A stretch of DNA of 64,000 nt. Source: Eledone cirrhosa (taxonomy: Eukaryota). Position 1 is the stretch's first letter; each line of letters starts with the position of its first letter. The DNA lies in assembly GCA_964016885.1 (NCBI GenBank), contig OZ024740.1:20646001-20710000 (forward strand). Reading direction: 5' to 3'. The notes beneath the pieces are model-generated. The model worked only from the letters and a program-made list of their open reading frames with translations. It ran no database searches and was not told where the DNA came from. The translations under genes were made by a program, and so were the position numbers. Of this stretch, positions 39,701 to 54,700 are shown piece after piece.

Positions 39701-42700
39701 TTCTACCTACACTGCCTGTTCACCACCCAAACATGGTGTCAGACACTCTACCTATACTACCAATCCACCACCCTAACATGGTGTCAGACGCTCTACCAAT
39801 ACTGACAATCCACCACTCTAGCTTGGCGTCAGATCCTCTACCGATACTGCCAATCCACCACCCTAACATGGTGTCAGACCCGCTACCGATACTACCAAGC
39901 CACCACCCTAGCATGGTGTCAGACACTCTACCTATACTGCCAATTCACCATCCTAACATGGCGTCAGACCCTCTACTGATACTGCCAAACCACCACCCTA
40001 GCATGGTGTCCAGCCCTCTAACTATACTGCCAGACACCACCCTAGCATGGTGTCCGACCCTCTACCTATACTGCCAATCCACCACCCTAGCATGGTGTCC
40101 GACCCTTTATCGATACTGCCAAACCACCACCCTAACATGGTGTCAGACCCTCTACCAATACTGCCGATCCACCACCCTAACATGGTGTCAGACGCTCTAC
40201 CTATGCTGCCAATCCACCACCCTAGCATGGTGTCAGACCCTCTACCTACACTGTTTGTCCACCACCCAAACATGGTGTCAGACACTCTACCTATACTACC
40301 AATCCACCACCCTAACATGGTGTCAGACGATCTACCAATACTGACGGTCCACCACCCTAGCATGGTGTCCGACCGTCTACCGATACTGCCAATCCACCAC
40401 CCTAGCATGGTGTCCGACCCTCTACCAATACTGCTAATCCACCACCCTAACATGGTGTCAGATGCTCTACCTATACTGCCAATCCACCACCCTAACATGG
40501 CGTCAGACCCTCTACCAATACTACCAAACCACCACCCTAGCATGGTGTCAGACCCTCTACCAATACTACCAAACCACCACCCTAACATGGTGTCAGACAC
40601 TCTACCTATACTGCCAATCCACCACCCTAGCATGGCGTCAGACCCACTAACGATACTGCCAATCTACCACCCAAGCATGGCATCAGACCCTCTACCAATA
40701 CTGCCAATCCACCACCCTAGCATGGCGTCAGACCCTCTACCAATACTGCCAATCCACCACCCTAACATGGTGTCAGACCCTCTACCAATACTGCTAATCC
40801 ACCACTCTAGCATGGCGTCAGACCCGCTACCGATACTGCCATTTCACCGCCCTAGCATGGTGTCAGACCCTCTACCAATACTGCCAATCCACCACACTAC
40901 CATGGTGTCAGACCCTCTACCAATACTGCCAATCCACCACACTACCATGGCGTCAGACCCTCTACCGACACTGCCATTTCACCGCCCTGGCATGGTGTCT
41001 GACCCTCTACCAATACTACTAATCCACCACCCCTACATGTGTCAGACCCTCTACCTATACTACCAATCCACCACCCTAACATGGTGGCAGACCCTCTACC
41101 TATACTGCCAATCCACCACCCTAACATGGTGTCAGACCCTCTACCTATACTGCCAATCCACCACCCTAACATGGCGTCAGACCCTCTACTGATACTGCCA
41201 ATCCACCACCCTAGCATGGTGTCCAGCCCTCTGCCTATACTGCCAGTCGACCACCCTAACATGGCCTCAGACCCTCTACCGATACTGCCAATCCACCACC
41301 CTAACATGGTGTCAGACCCTCTACCTATACTACAAATCCACCACCCTAGCATGGTGTGCGACCCTCTACCGATACTGCCAATCCACCACCCTAACATAGT
41401 GTCAGACCCTCTACCAATACTGCCAGTCCACCACCCTAGCATGGTGTCCGACCCTCTACCGATACTGCCAATCCACCACCCTAGCATGGTGTCCGACCCT
41501 CTACCAATACTGCTAATCCACCACCCTAACATGGTGTCAGACACTCTACCTATACTGCCAATCCACCACCCTAGCATGGCGTCAGACCCTCTAACGATAC
41601 TGCCAATCTACCACCCAAGCATGGCATCAGACCCTCTACCAATACTGCCAATCCACCACCCTAGCATGGCGTCAGACCCTCTACCAATACTGCCAATCCA
41701 CCACACTACCATGGTGTCAGACCCTCTACCTACACTACCAATCCACCACCCTATCAAAGCGTCAGACCCTCTACCGATACTGTCATTTCACCGCCCTAGC
41801 ATTGTGTCAGACCCTCTACCAATACTGCCAATCCACCACACTACCATGGTGTCAGACCCTCTACCAATACTGCCAATCCACCACCCTAGCATGGCGTCAG
41901 ACCCTCTACCAATACTACTAATCCACCATTCCCTACATGTGTCAGACCCTCTACCTATACTACCAATCCACCACCCTAATATGGTGGCAGACCCTCTACC
42001 GATGCTACCAATCCACCACCCTAGCATGGTGTCAGACCCTCTATCTATACTACCAATCCGCCACCCTAACATGGAGTCAGACCCTCTACCTATACTGCCA
42101 ATCCACCACCCTAACATGGCGTCAGACCCTCTACTGATACTGCCAATCCACCACCCTATCATGGTGTCCAGCCCTCTACCTATACTGCCAGTCCACCACC
42201 CTAACATGGCCTCAGACCCTCTACCGATACTGCCAATCCACCACACTAACATGGTGTCAGACCCTCTACCTATACTACCAATCCACCACCCTAGCATGGT
42301 GTGCGACCCTCTACCGATACTGCTAATCCACCACCCTAACATAGTGTCAGACCCTCTACCAATACTGCCAGTCCACCACCCTAACATGGTGTCAGACCCT
42401 CTACCTATACTGCCAATCCACCACCCTAAGATGGCGTCAGACCCTCTACCGATACTGCCAATCCACCACCCTAACATGGTGTCAGACACTCTACCGATAC
42501 TGCCAATCCACCACCCTAGCATGGCGTCAGACCCTCTACCGATACTGCCAATCCACCACCCTAGCATGGCGTCAGACCCTCTACCTATACTGCCAATCCA
42601 CCACCCTAACATGGTGTCAGACCCTCTACCGATACTGCCAATCCACCACCCTAGCATGGCGTCAGACGCTCTACCGATACTGCCAATCGACCACCCTAGC

Positions 42701-45700
42701 ATAGCGTCAGACCCTCTACCGATACTGCCAATCCACCACCCTAGCATTGGGTCAGACTCTCTACCAATACTGCCAATCCACCAGCCTAGCATGGCGTCAG
42801 ACCCTCCACCAATACTGCCAATCCACCATCCTAGCATAGCGTCAGACCCTCTACCAATACTGCCAATCCACCACCCTAGCATGGCATCAGACCCTCTACC
42901 GATACTGCCAATCCACCACCCTAGCATGGTGTCCGACCCTTTATCGATACTGCCAATCCACCACCCTAACATGGTGTCAGACCCACTACCAATACGGCCA
43001 GTCCACCAACCTAGCATGGTGTTCGACCCTCTACAGATACTGCCATTCCACCACCCTTGCATGGTGTCCGACCCTCTACCAATACTGCCAATCCACCACC
43101 CTAACGTTGGTGTCAGACGCTCTACCTATACTGCCAATCTGCCAAACTAGCATGGTGTCAGACCCTCTACCTACACTGCCTGTACACCACCCAAACATGG
43201 TGTCAGACAATCTACCTATACTACCAATCCGCCACCCTAGCATGGTGTCAGACCCTCTACCAATACTGCCAATCCACCACTCTAGCATGGCGTCAGACCC
43301 TCTACCGATACTGCCAATCCACCACCCTAGCATCGTGTCAGACCCTCTACCGATACTGCCAATACACCACCCTAGCATGGTGTCAGACCCTCTACCGATA
43401 CTGGCAATCCACCACCCTAGCATGGTGTCCAGCCCTCTAACTATACTGCCAATCCACCACCCTAGAATGGTGTCCGACCCTTTATCGATACTGCCAAACC
43501 ACCACCCTAACATGGTGTCAGACCCACTACCAATATTGCCAGTCCACCTCCCTAGCATGGAGTCCGATCCTCTACCAATACTGCCAATCCACCACCCTAA
43601 CATTGTGTCAGACGCTCTACCTATACTGCCAATCCACCACCCTAGAATGGTGTCAGACGTTCTACCTACACTGCCTGTCCACCACCCAAACATGGTGTCA
43701 GACACTCTACCTATACTACCAATCCACCACCCTAACATGGTGTCAGACGCTCTACCAATACTGACAATCCACCACTCTAGCTTGGCGTCAGATCCTCTAC
43801 CGATACTGCCAATCCACCACCCTAACATGGTGTCAGACCCGCTACCGATACTACCAAGCCACCACCCTAGCATGGTGTCAGACACTCTACCTATACTGCC
43901 AATTCACCACCCTAACATGGCATCAGACCCTCTACTGATACTGCCAATCCACCACCCTAGCATGGTGTCCAGCCCTCTAACTATACTGCCAGACACCACC
44001 CTAGCATGGTGTCCGACCCTCTACCTATACTGCCAATCCACCACCCTAGCATGGTGTCCGACCCTTTATCGATACTGCCAAACCACCACCCTAACATGGT
44101 GTCAGACCCACTACCAATACTGCCGATCCACCACCCTAACATGGTGTCAGACGCTCTACCTATACTGCCAATCCACCACCCTAGCATTGTGTCAGACCCT
44201 CTACCTACACTGTTTGTCCACCACCCAAACATGGTGTCAGACACTCTACCTATACTACCAATCCACCACCCTAACATGGTGTCAGACGATCTACCAATAC
44301 TGCCAATCCACCACCCTAACATGGTGTCAGACGCTCTACCAATACTGCCAATCCACCACTCTAGCATGGCGTCAGAACCTCTACCAATACTGCCAATCCA
44401 CCGTCCTAACATGGTGTCAGACCCTCTACCAATACTACCAAACCACCACACTAACATGGTGTCAGACATTCTACCTATACTACCAATCCACCACCCTAGC
44501 ATGGCGTCAGACCCTCTAACGATACTGCCAATCCACCACCCTAAGATGGTGTCAGAACCGCTACCAATACTGCCAATCCACCACCCTAGCATGGCGTCAG
44601 ACGCTCTACCGATACTGCCAATCCACCAGCCTAGCATGGCGTCAGACCCCCTACCAATACTGCCAATCCACCAACCTAGCATAGCGTCAGAGCCACTACC
44701 AATACTGCCAATACACCACCCTAGCATGGCATCAGACCCTCTACCGATACTGCCAATCCACCTCCCTATCATCGTGTCAGACCCTCTAACGATACTGCTA
44801 ATCCACCACCCTAGCATGGTGTCCGTCCCTCTACCGATACTGCCAATACACCACCCTAGCATGGTGTCAGACCCTCTACCGATATTGGCAATCCACCACC
44901 CTAGCATGGTGTCCAGCCCTCTACCTATACTGCCAATCCACCACCCTAGAATGGTGTCCGACCCTTTATCGATACTGCCAAACCACCACCCTAACATGGT
45001 GTCAGACCCACTACCAATACTGCCAGTCCACCTCCCTAGCATGGTGTCCGACCCTCTACCAATACTGCCAATCCACCACCCTAGCATGGTGTCAGAGGCT
45101 CTACCTACACTGCCTGTCCACCACCCAAACATGGTGTCAGACCCTCTACCTATACTACCAATCCACCACCCTAACATGGTCTCAGACGCTCTACCAATAC
45201 TGACAATCCACCACTCTAGCATGGCGTCAGATCCTCTACCGATTCTGCCAATCCACCACCCTTGCATGGCGTCAGACCCTCTACCAATACTGCCAATCCA
45301 CCACCCTAGCATGGCGTCAGACCCTCTACCAATACTGCCAATCCACCACCCTAACATGGTGTCAGACCCTCTACCAATACTGCTAATCCACCACTCTAGC
45401 ATGGCGTCAGACCCGCTACCGATACTGCCATTTCACCGCCCTAGCATGATGTCAGACCCTCGACCAATACTACTAATCCACCACCCCTACATGGTGTCAG
45501 ACCCTCTACCGATACTGCCAGTCCAGCACCCATGGTGTCCGACCCTCTACCTCTACTACCAATCCAACACCTTACCATGGTGGCAGACCCTATACCTAAA
45601 TTTCCAGTCCACCACCCTAATATGGCGTCAGACCCTCTAATGATACTGCCAATCCACCACCCTAGCATGGTGTCCAGCCCTCTACCTCTACTACCAATCC

Positions 45701-48700
45701 ACCACCCGAGCATGGTGCCAGAGCCTCTACCAATACTGCCAGTCAACCACCCTAGCATGGTGTTCGACCCTTTACCTATACTACCAGTTCACCACCCTAG
45801 AATGGTGTTCAACCCTCTACCTATACTAACAATCCACCACCCTAGCATGGTGTCAGACCCGCTACCGATACCACCAAACCACCCTCTAGCATGGCGTCAG
45901 ACCCTCCACCAATACTGCCAGTCCACCACCCTAGCATGGTGCCGACCCTCTACCGATACTGCCAATCCACCACCCTTGCATGGTGTCCGACCCTCTACCA
46001 ATACTGCCAATCCACCACCCTAACATGGTGTCAGACGCTCTACCTATACTGCCAATCCACCACCCTAGCATGGTGTCAGACCTTCTACCTATACTACCAA
46101 TCCACCACTCTAGCATGGCGTCAGACCCTCTACCGATACTGCTAATCCACCACCCTAGCATGGCGTCGGACCCTCTACCAATACTGCCAATCCACCACCC
46201 TAACATGGTGTCAGACGCTCTACCTATACTGCCAGTCCACCACCCCAGCATGGCGTCAGACTCTCTACCAATACTGCCAATACACCACCCTAACATGGTG
46301 TCAGACCCTCTACCAATACTGCCAATCCACCACCCTAGCATTGTGTCAGATCCTCTAGCTATACTACCAATCCACCACCCTAACGTGGTGTTCGACCCTC
46401 TACCAATACTGCCAATCCACCACCCTACCATGGTGTCTGACCCTTTACCTATACTACCAATCCACCACCCTAGCATGGCGTCAGACCCTCTACCGATACT
46501 GCCATTTCACCGCCCTAGCATGGTGTCTGACCCTCTACCAATACTACTAATCCACCACCCCTACATTGTGTCAGACCCTCTACCTATACTACCAATCCAC
46601 CAACCTAACATGGTGGCAGACCCTCTACCGATACTACCAATCCACCACCCTAGCATGGTGTCAGACCTTCTACCTATACTACAAATCCGCCACCCTAACA
46701 TGGAGTCAGACCCTCTACCTATACTGCCAATCCACCACCCTAACATGGCGTCAGACCCTCTACTGATACTGCCAATCCACCACCCTAGCATGGTGTCCAG
46801 CCCTCTACCTATACTGCCAGTCCACCTCCCAAACATGGCCTCAGACCCTCTACCGATACTGCCAACCCACCACCCTAACATGGTGTCAGACCCTCTACTT
46901 ATACTACCAATCCACCACCCTAGCATGGTGTGCGACCCTCTACCGATACTGCCAATCCACCACCCTAACATAGTGTCAGACCCTCTACCAATACTGCCAG
47001 TCCACCACCCTAGCATGGTGTCCGACCCTCTACCGATACTGCCAATCCACCACCCTAGCATGGTGTCCGACCCTCTACCAATACTGCTAATCACCCTAAC
47101 ATGGTGTCAGATGCCCTACCTATACTACCAATCCACCACCCTAGCATGGTGTCAGACACTCTACCAATACTGCCAATCCACCACTCTAGCATGGCGTCAG
47201 ACCCTCTACCGATACTGCCAATCTACCACCCAAGCATGGCATCAGACCCTCTACCAATACTGCCAATCCACCACCCTAGCATGGCGTCAGACCCTCTACC
47301 AATACTGCCAATCCACCACCCTAACATGGTGTCAGACCCTCTACCAATACTGCTAATCCACCACTCTAGCATGGCGTCAGACCCGCTACCGATACTGCCA
47401 TTTCACCGCCCTAGCATGGTGCAGACCCTCTACCAATACTGCCAATCCACCACACTACCATGGTGTCAGACCCTCTACCTACACTACCAATCCACCACCC
47501 TAGCATGGCATCAGACCCTCTACCGATACTGCCAATCCACCACCCTAGCATGGTGTCCGACCCTCTACCAATACTGCCAATCCACCACACTACCATGGTG
47601 TCAGACCCTCTACCAATACTGCCAATCCACCACCCTAGCATGGCGTCAGACCCTCTACCAATACTACTAATCCACCATTCCCTACATGTGTCAGACCCTC
47701 TACCTATACTACCAATCCACCACCCTAATATGGTGGCAGACCCTCTACCGATGCTACCAATCCACCACCCTAGCATGGTGTCAGACCCTCTATCTATACT
47801 ACCAATCCGCCACCCTAACATGGAGTCAGACCCTCTACCTATACTGCCAATCCACCACCCTAACATGGCGTCAGACTCTCTACTGATACTGCCAATCCAC
47901 CACCCTAGCATGGTGTCCAGCCCTCTACCTATACTGCCAGTCCACCACCCTAACATGGCCTCAGACCCTCTACCGATACTGCCAATCCACCACACTAACA
48001 TGGTGTCAGACCCTCTACCTATACTACCAATCCACCACCCTAGCATGGTGTGCGACCCTCTACCGATACTGCTAATTCACCACCCTAACATAGTGTCAGA
48101 CCCTCTACCAATACTGCCAGTCCACCACCCTAACATGGTGTCAGACCCTCTACCTATACTGCCAATCCACCACCCTAAGATGGCGTCAGAACCTCTACCG
48201 ATACTGCCAATCCACCACCCTAACATGGTGTCAGACACTCTACCGATACTGCCAATCCACCACCCTAGCATGGCGTCAGACCCTCTACCGATACTGCCAA
48301 TCCACCACCCTAGCATGGCGTCAGACCCTCTACCTATACTGCCAATCCACCACCCTAACATGGTGTCAGACCCTCTACCGATACTGCCAATCCACCACCC
48401 TAGCATGGCGTCAGATGCTCTACCGATACTGCCAATCGACCACCCTAGCATAGCGTCAGACCCTCTACCGATACTGCCAATCCACCACCCTAGCATTGGG
48501 TCAGACTCTCTACCAATACTGCCAATCCACCAGCCTAGCATGGCGTCAGACCCTCCACCAATACTGCCAATCCACCATCCTAGCATAGCGTCAGACCCTC
48601 TACCAATACTGCCAATCCAACACCCTAGCATGGCATCAGACCCTCTACCGATACTGCCAATCCACCACCCTAGCATGGTGTCCGACCCTTTATCGATACT

Positions 48701-51700
48701 GCCAATCCACCACCCTAACATGGTGTCAGACCCACTACCAATTCGGCCAGTCCACCAACCTAGCATGGTGTTCGACCCTCTACAGATACTGCCATTCCAC
48801 CACCCTTGCATGGTGTCCGACCCTCTACCAATACTGCCAATCCACCACCCTAACGTTGGTGTCAGACGCTCTACCTATACTGCCAATCTGCCAACCTAGC
48901 ATGGTGTCAGGCCCTCTACCTACACTGCCTGTCCACCACCCAAACATGGTGTCAGACACTCTACCTATACTACCAATCCGCCACCCTAGCATGGTGTCAG
49001 ACCCTCTACCAATACTGCCAATCCACCACTCTAGCATGGCGTCAGACCCTCTACCGATACTGCCAATCCACCACCCTAGCATCGTGTCAGACCCTCTACC
49101 GATACTGCCAATACACCACCCTAGCATGGTGTCAGACCCTCTACCGATACTGGCAATCCACCACCCTAGCATGGTGTCCAGCCCTCTACCTATACTGCCA
49201 ATCCACCACCCTAGAATGGTGTCCGACCCTTTATCGATACTGCCAAACCACCACCCTAACATGGTGTCAGACCCACTACTAATACTGCCAGTCCACCTCC
49301 CTAGCATGGAGTCCGATCCTCTACCAATACTGCCAATCCACCACCCTAACATTGTGTCAGACGCTCTACCTATACTGCCAATCCACCACCCTAGCATGGT
49401 GTCAGACGTTCTACCTACACTGCCTGTTCACCACCCAAACATGGTGTCAGACACTCTACCTATACTACCAATCTACCACCCTAACATGGTGTCAGACGCT
49501 CTACCAATACTGACAATCCACCACTCTAGCTTGGCGTCAGATCCTCTACCGATACTGCCAATCCACCACCCTAACATGGTGTCAGACCCGCTACCGATAC
49601 TACCAAGCCACCACCCTAGCATGGTGTCAGACACTCTACCTATACTGCCAATTCACCATCCTAACATGGCGTCAGACCCTCTACTGATACTGCCAAACCA
49701 CCACCCTAGCATGGTGTCCAGCCCTCTAACTATACTGCCAGACACCACCCTAGCATGGTGTCCGACCCTCTACCTATACTGCCAATCCACCACCCTAGCA
49801 TGGTGTCCGACCCTTTATCGATACTGCCAAACCACCACCCTAACATGGTGTCAGACCCTCTACCAATACTGCCGATCCACCACCCTAACATGGTGTCAGA
49901 CGCTCTACCTATGCTGCCAATCCACCACCCTAGCATGGTGTCAGACCCTCTACCTACACTGTTTGTCCACCACCCAAACATGGTGTCAGACACTCTACCT
50001 ATACTACCAATCCACCACCCTAACATGGTGTCAGACGATCTACCAATACTGCCAGTCCACCACCCTAGCATGGTGTCCGACCCTCTACCGATACTGCCAA
50101 TCCACCACCCTAGCATGGTGTCCGACCCTCTACCAATACTGCTAATCCACCACCCTAACATGGTGTCAGATGCTCTACCTATACTGCCAATCCACCACCC
50201 TAACATGGCGTCAGACCCTCTACCAATACTACCAAACCACCACCCTAGCATGGTGTCAGACCCTCTACCAATACTACCAAACCACCACCCTAACATGGTG
50301 TCAGACACTCTACCTATACTGCCAATCCACCACCCTAGCATGGCGTCAGACCCTCTAACGATACTGCCAATCTACCACCCAAGCATGGCATCAGACCCTC
50401 TACCAATACTGCCAATCCACCACCCTAACATGGTGTCAGACCCTCTACCAATACTGCTAATCCACCACTCTAGCATGGCGTCAGACCCGCTACCGATACT
50501 GCCATTTCACCGCCCTAGCATGGTGTCAGACCCTCTACCAATACTGCCAATCCACCACCCTAGCATGGCGTCAGACCCTCTACCAATACTGCCAATCCAC
50601 CACCCTAACATGGTGTCAGACCCTCTACCAATACTGCCAATCCACCACCCTAGCATGGCGTCAGACCCTCTACCAATACTGCCAATCCACCACCCTAACA
50701 TGGTGTCAGACCCTCTACCAATACTGCTAATCCACCACTCTAGCATGGCGTCAGACCCGCTACCGATACTGCCATTTCACCGCCCTAGCATGGTGTCAGA
50801 CCCTCTACCAATACTGCCAATCCACCACACTACCATGGTGTCAGACCCTCTACCTACACTACAAATCCACCACCCTAGCAAAGCGTCAGACCCTCTACCG
50901 ATACTGCCATTTCACCGCCCTAGCATGGTGTCAGACCCTCTACCAATACTGCCAATCCACCACACTACCATGGTGTCAGACCCTCTACCAATACTACCAA
51001 TCCACCACCCTAGCATGGCGTCAGACCCTCTACCAATACTACTAATCCACCATTCCCTACATGTGTCAGACCCTCTACCTATACTACCAATCCACCACCC
51101 TAATATGGTGGCAGACCCTCTACCGATGCTACCAATCCACCACCCTAGCATGGTGTCAGACCCTCTATCTATACTACCAATCCGCCACCCTAACATGGAG
51201 TCAGACCCTCTACCTATACTGCCAATCCACCACCCTAACATGGCGTCAGACCCTCTACTGATACTGCCAATCCACCACCCTAGCATGGTGTCCAGCCCTC
51301 TACCTATACTGCCAGTCCACCACCCTAACATGGCCTCAGACCCTCTACCGATACTGCCAATCCACCACACTAACATGGTGTCAGACCCTCTACCTATAAT
51401 ACCAATCCACCACCCTAGCATGGTGTGCGACCCTCTACCGATACTGCTAATCCACCACCCTAACATAGTGTCAGACCCTCTACCAATACTGCCAGTCCAC
51501 CACCCTAACATGGTGTCAGACCCTCTACCTATACTGCCAATCCACCACCCTAGCATGGTGTCAGACGTTCTACCTACACTGCCTGTTCACCACCCAAACA
51601 TGGTGTCAGACACTCTACCTATACTACCAATCCACCACCCTAACATGGTGTCAGACGCTCTACCAATACTGACAATCCACCACTCTAGCTTGGCGTCAGA

Positions 51701-54700
51701 TCCTCTACCGATACTGCCAATCCACCACCCTAACATGGTGTCAGACCCGCTACCGATACTACCAAGCCACCACCCTAGCATGGTGTCAGACACTCTACCT
51801 ATACTGCCAATTCACCATCCTAACATGGCGTCAGACCCTCTACTGATACTGCCAAACCACCACCCTAGCATGGTGTCCAGCCCTCTAACTATACTGCCAG
51901 ACACCACCCTAGCATGGTGTCCGACCCTCTACCTATACTGCCAATCCACCACCCTAGCATGGTGTCCGACCCTTTATCGATACTGCCAAACCACCACCCT
52001 AACATGGTGTCAGACCCTCTACCAATACTGCCAATCCACCACCCTAGCATGGTGTCAGACCCTCTACCTACACTGTTTGTCCACCACCCAAACATGGTGT
52101 CAGACACTCTACCTATACTACCAATCCACCACCCTAACATGGTGTCAGACGATCTACCAATACTGACGGTCCACCACCCTAGCATGGTGTCCGACCCTCT
52201 ACCGATACTGCCAATCCACCACCCTAGCATGGTGTCCGACCCTCTACCAATACTGCTAATCCACCACCCTAACATGGTGTCAGATGCTCTACCTATACTG
52301 CCAATCCACCACCCTAACATGGCGTCAGACCCTCTACCAATACTACCAAACCACCACCCTAGCATGGTGTCAGACCCTCTACCAATACTACCAAACCACC
52401 ACCCTGACATGGTGTCAGACACTATACCTATACTGCCAATCCACCACCCTAGCATGGCGTCAGACCCACTAACGATACTGCCAATCTACCACCCAAGCAT
52501 GGCATCAGACCCTCTACCAATACTGCCAATCCACCACCCTAGCATGGCGTCAGACCCTCTACCAATACTGCCAATCCACCACCCTAACATGGTGTCAGAC
52601 CCTCTACCAATACTGCTAATCCACCACTCTAGCATGGCGTCAGACCCGCTACCGATACTGCCATTTCACCGCCCTAGCATGGTGTCAGACCCTCTACCAA
52701 TACTGCCAATCCACCACACTACCATGGTGTCAGACCCTCTACCAATACTGCCAATCCACCACACTACCATGGCGTCAGACCCTCTACCGACACTGCCATT
52801 TCACCGCCCTGGCATGGTGTCTGACCCTCTACCAATACTACTAATCCACCACCCCTACATGTGTCAGACCCTCTACCTATACTACCAATCCACCACCCTA
52901 ACATGGTGGCAGACCCTCTACCTATACTGCCAATCCACCACCCTAACATGGTGTCAGACCCTCTACCTATACTGCCAATCCACCACCCTAACATGGCGTC
53001 AGACCCTCTACTGATACTGCCAATCCACCACCCTAGCATGGTGTCCAGCCCTCTGCCTATACTGCCAGTCGACCACCCTAACATGGCCTCAGACCCTCTA
53101 CCGATACTGCCAATCCACCACCCTAACATGGTGTCAGACCCTCTACCTATACTACAAATCCACCACCCTAGCATGGTGTGCGACCCTCTACCGATACTGC
53201 CAATCCACCACCCTAACATAGTGTCAGACCCTCTACCAATACTGCCAGTCCACCACCCTAGCATGGTGTCCGACCCTCTACCGATACTGCCAATCCACCA
53301 CCCTAGCATGGTGTCCGACACTCTACCAATACTGCTAATCCACCACCCTAACATGGTGTCAGACACTCTACCTATACTGCCAATCCACCACCCTAGCATG
53401 GCGTCAGACCCTCTAACGATACTGCCAATCTACCACCCAAGCATGGCATCAGACCCTCTACCAATACTGCCAATCCACCACCCTAGCATGGCGTCAGACC
53501 CTCTACCAATACTGCCAATCCACCACACTACCATGGTGTCAGACCCTCTACCTACACTACCAATCCACCACCCTATCAAAGCGTCAGACCCTCTACCGAT
53601 ACTGCCATTTCACCGCCCTAGCATTGTGTCAGACCCTCTACCAATACTGCCAATCCACCACACTACCATGGTGTCAGACCCTCTACCAATACTGCCAATC
53701 CACCACCCTAGCATGGCGTCAGACCCTCTACCAATACTACTAATCCACCATTCCCTACATGTGTCAGACCCTCTACCTATACTACCAATCCACCACCCTA
53801 ATATGGTGGCAGACCCTCTACCGATGCTACCAATCCACCACCCTAGCATGGTGTCAGACCCTCTATCTATACTACCAATCCGCCACCCTAACATGGAGTC
53901 AGACCCTCTACCTATACTGCCAATCCACCACCCTAACATGGCGTCAGACCCTCTACTGATACTGCCAATCCACCACCCTATCATGGTGTCCAGCCCTCTA
54001 CCTATACTGCCAGTCCACCACCCTAACATGGCCTCAGACCCTCTACCGATACTGCCAATCCACCACACTAACATGGTGTCAGACCCTCTACCTATACTAC
54101 CAATCCACCACCCTAGCATGGTGTGCGACCCTCTACCGATACTGCTAATCCACCACCCTAACATAGTGTCAGACCCTCTACCAATACTGCCAGTCCACCA
54201 CCCTAACATGGTGTCAGACCCTCTACCTATACTGCCAATCCACCACCCTAAGATGGCGTCAGACACTCTACCGATACTGCCAATCCACCACCCTAACATG
54301 GTGTCAGACACTCTACCGATACTGCCAATCCACCACCCTAGCATGGCGTCAGACCCTCTACCGATACTGCCAATCCACCACCCTAGCATGGCGTCAGACC
54401 CTCTACCTATACTGCCAATCCACCACCCTAACATGGTGTCAGACCCTCTACCGATACTGCCAATCCACCACCCTAGCATGGCGTCAGACGCTCTACCGAT
54501 ACTGCCAATCGACCACCCTAGCATAGCGTCAGACCCTCTACCGATACTGCCAATCCACCACCCTAGCATGGTGTCCGACCCTTTATCGATACTGCCAATC
54601 CACCACCCTAACATGGTGTCAGACCCACTACCAATACGGCCAGTCCACCAACCTAGCATGGTGTTCGACCCTCTACAGATACTGCCATTATACCACCCTT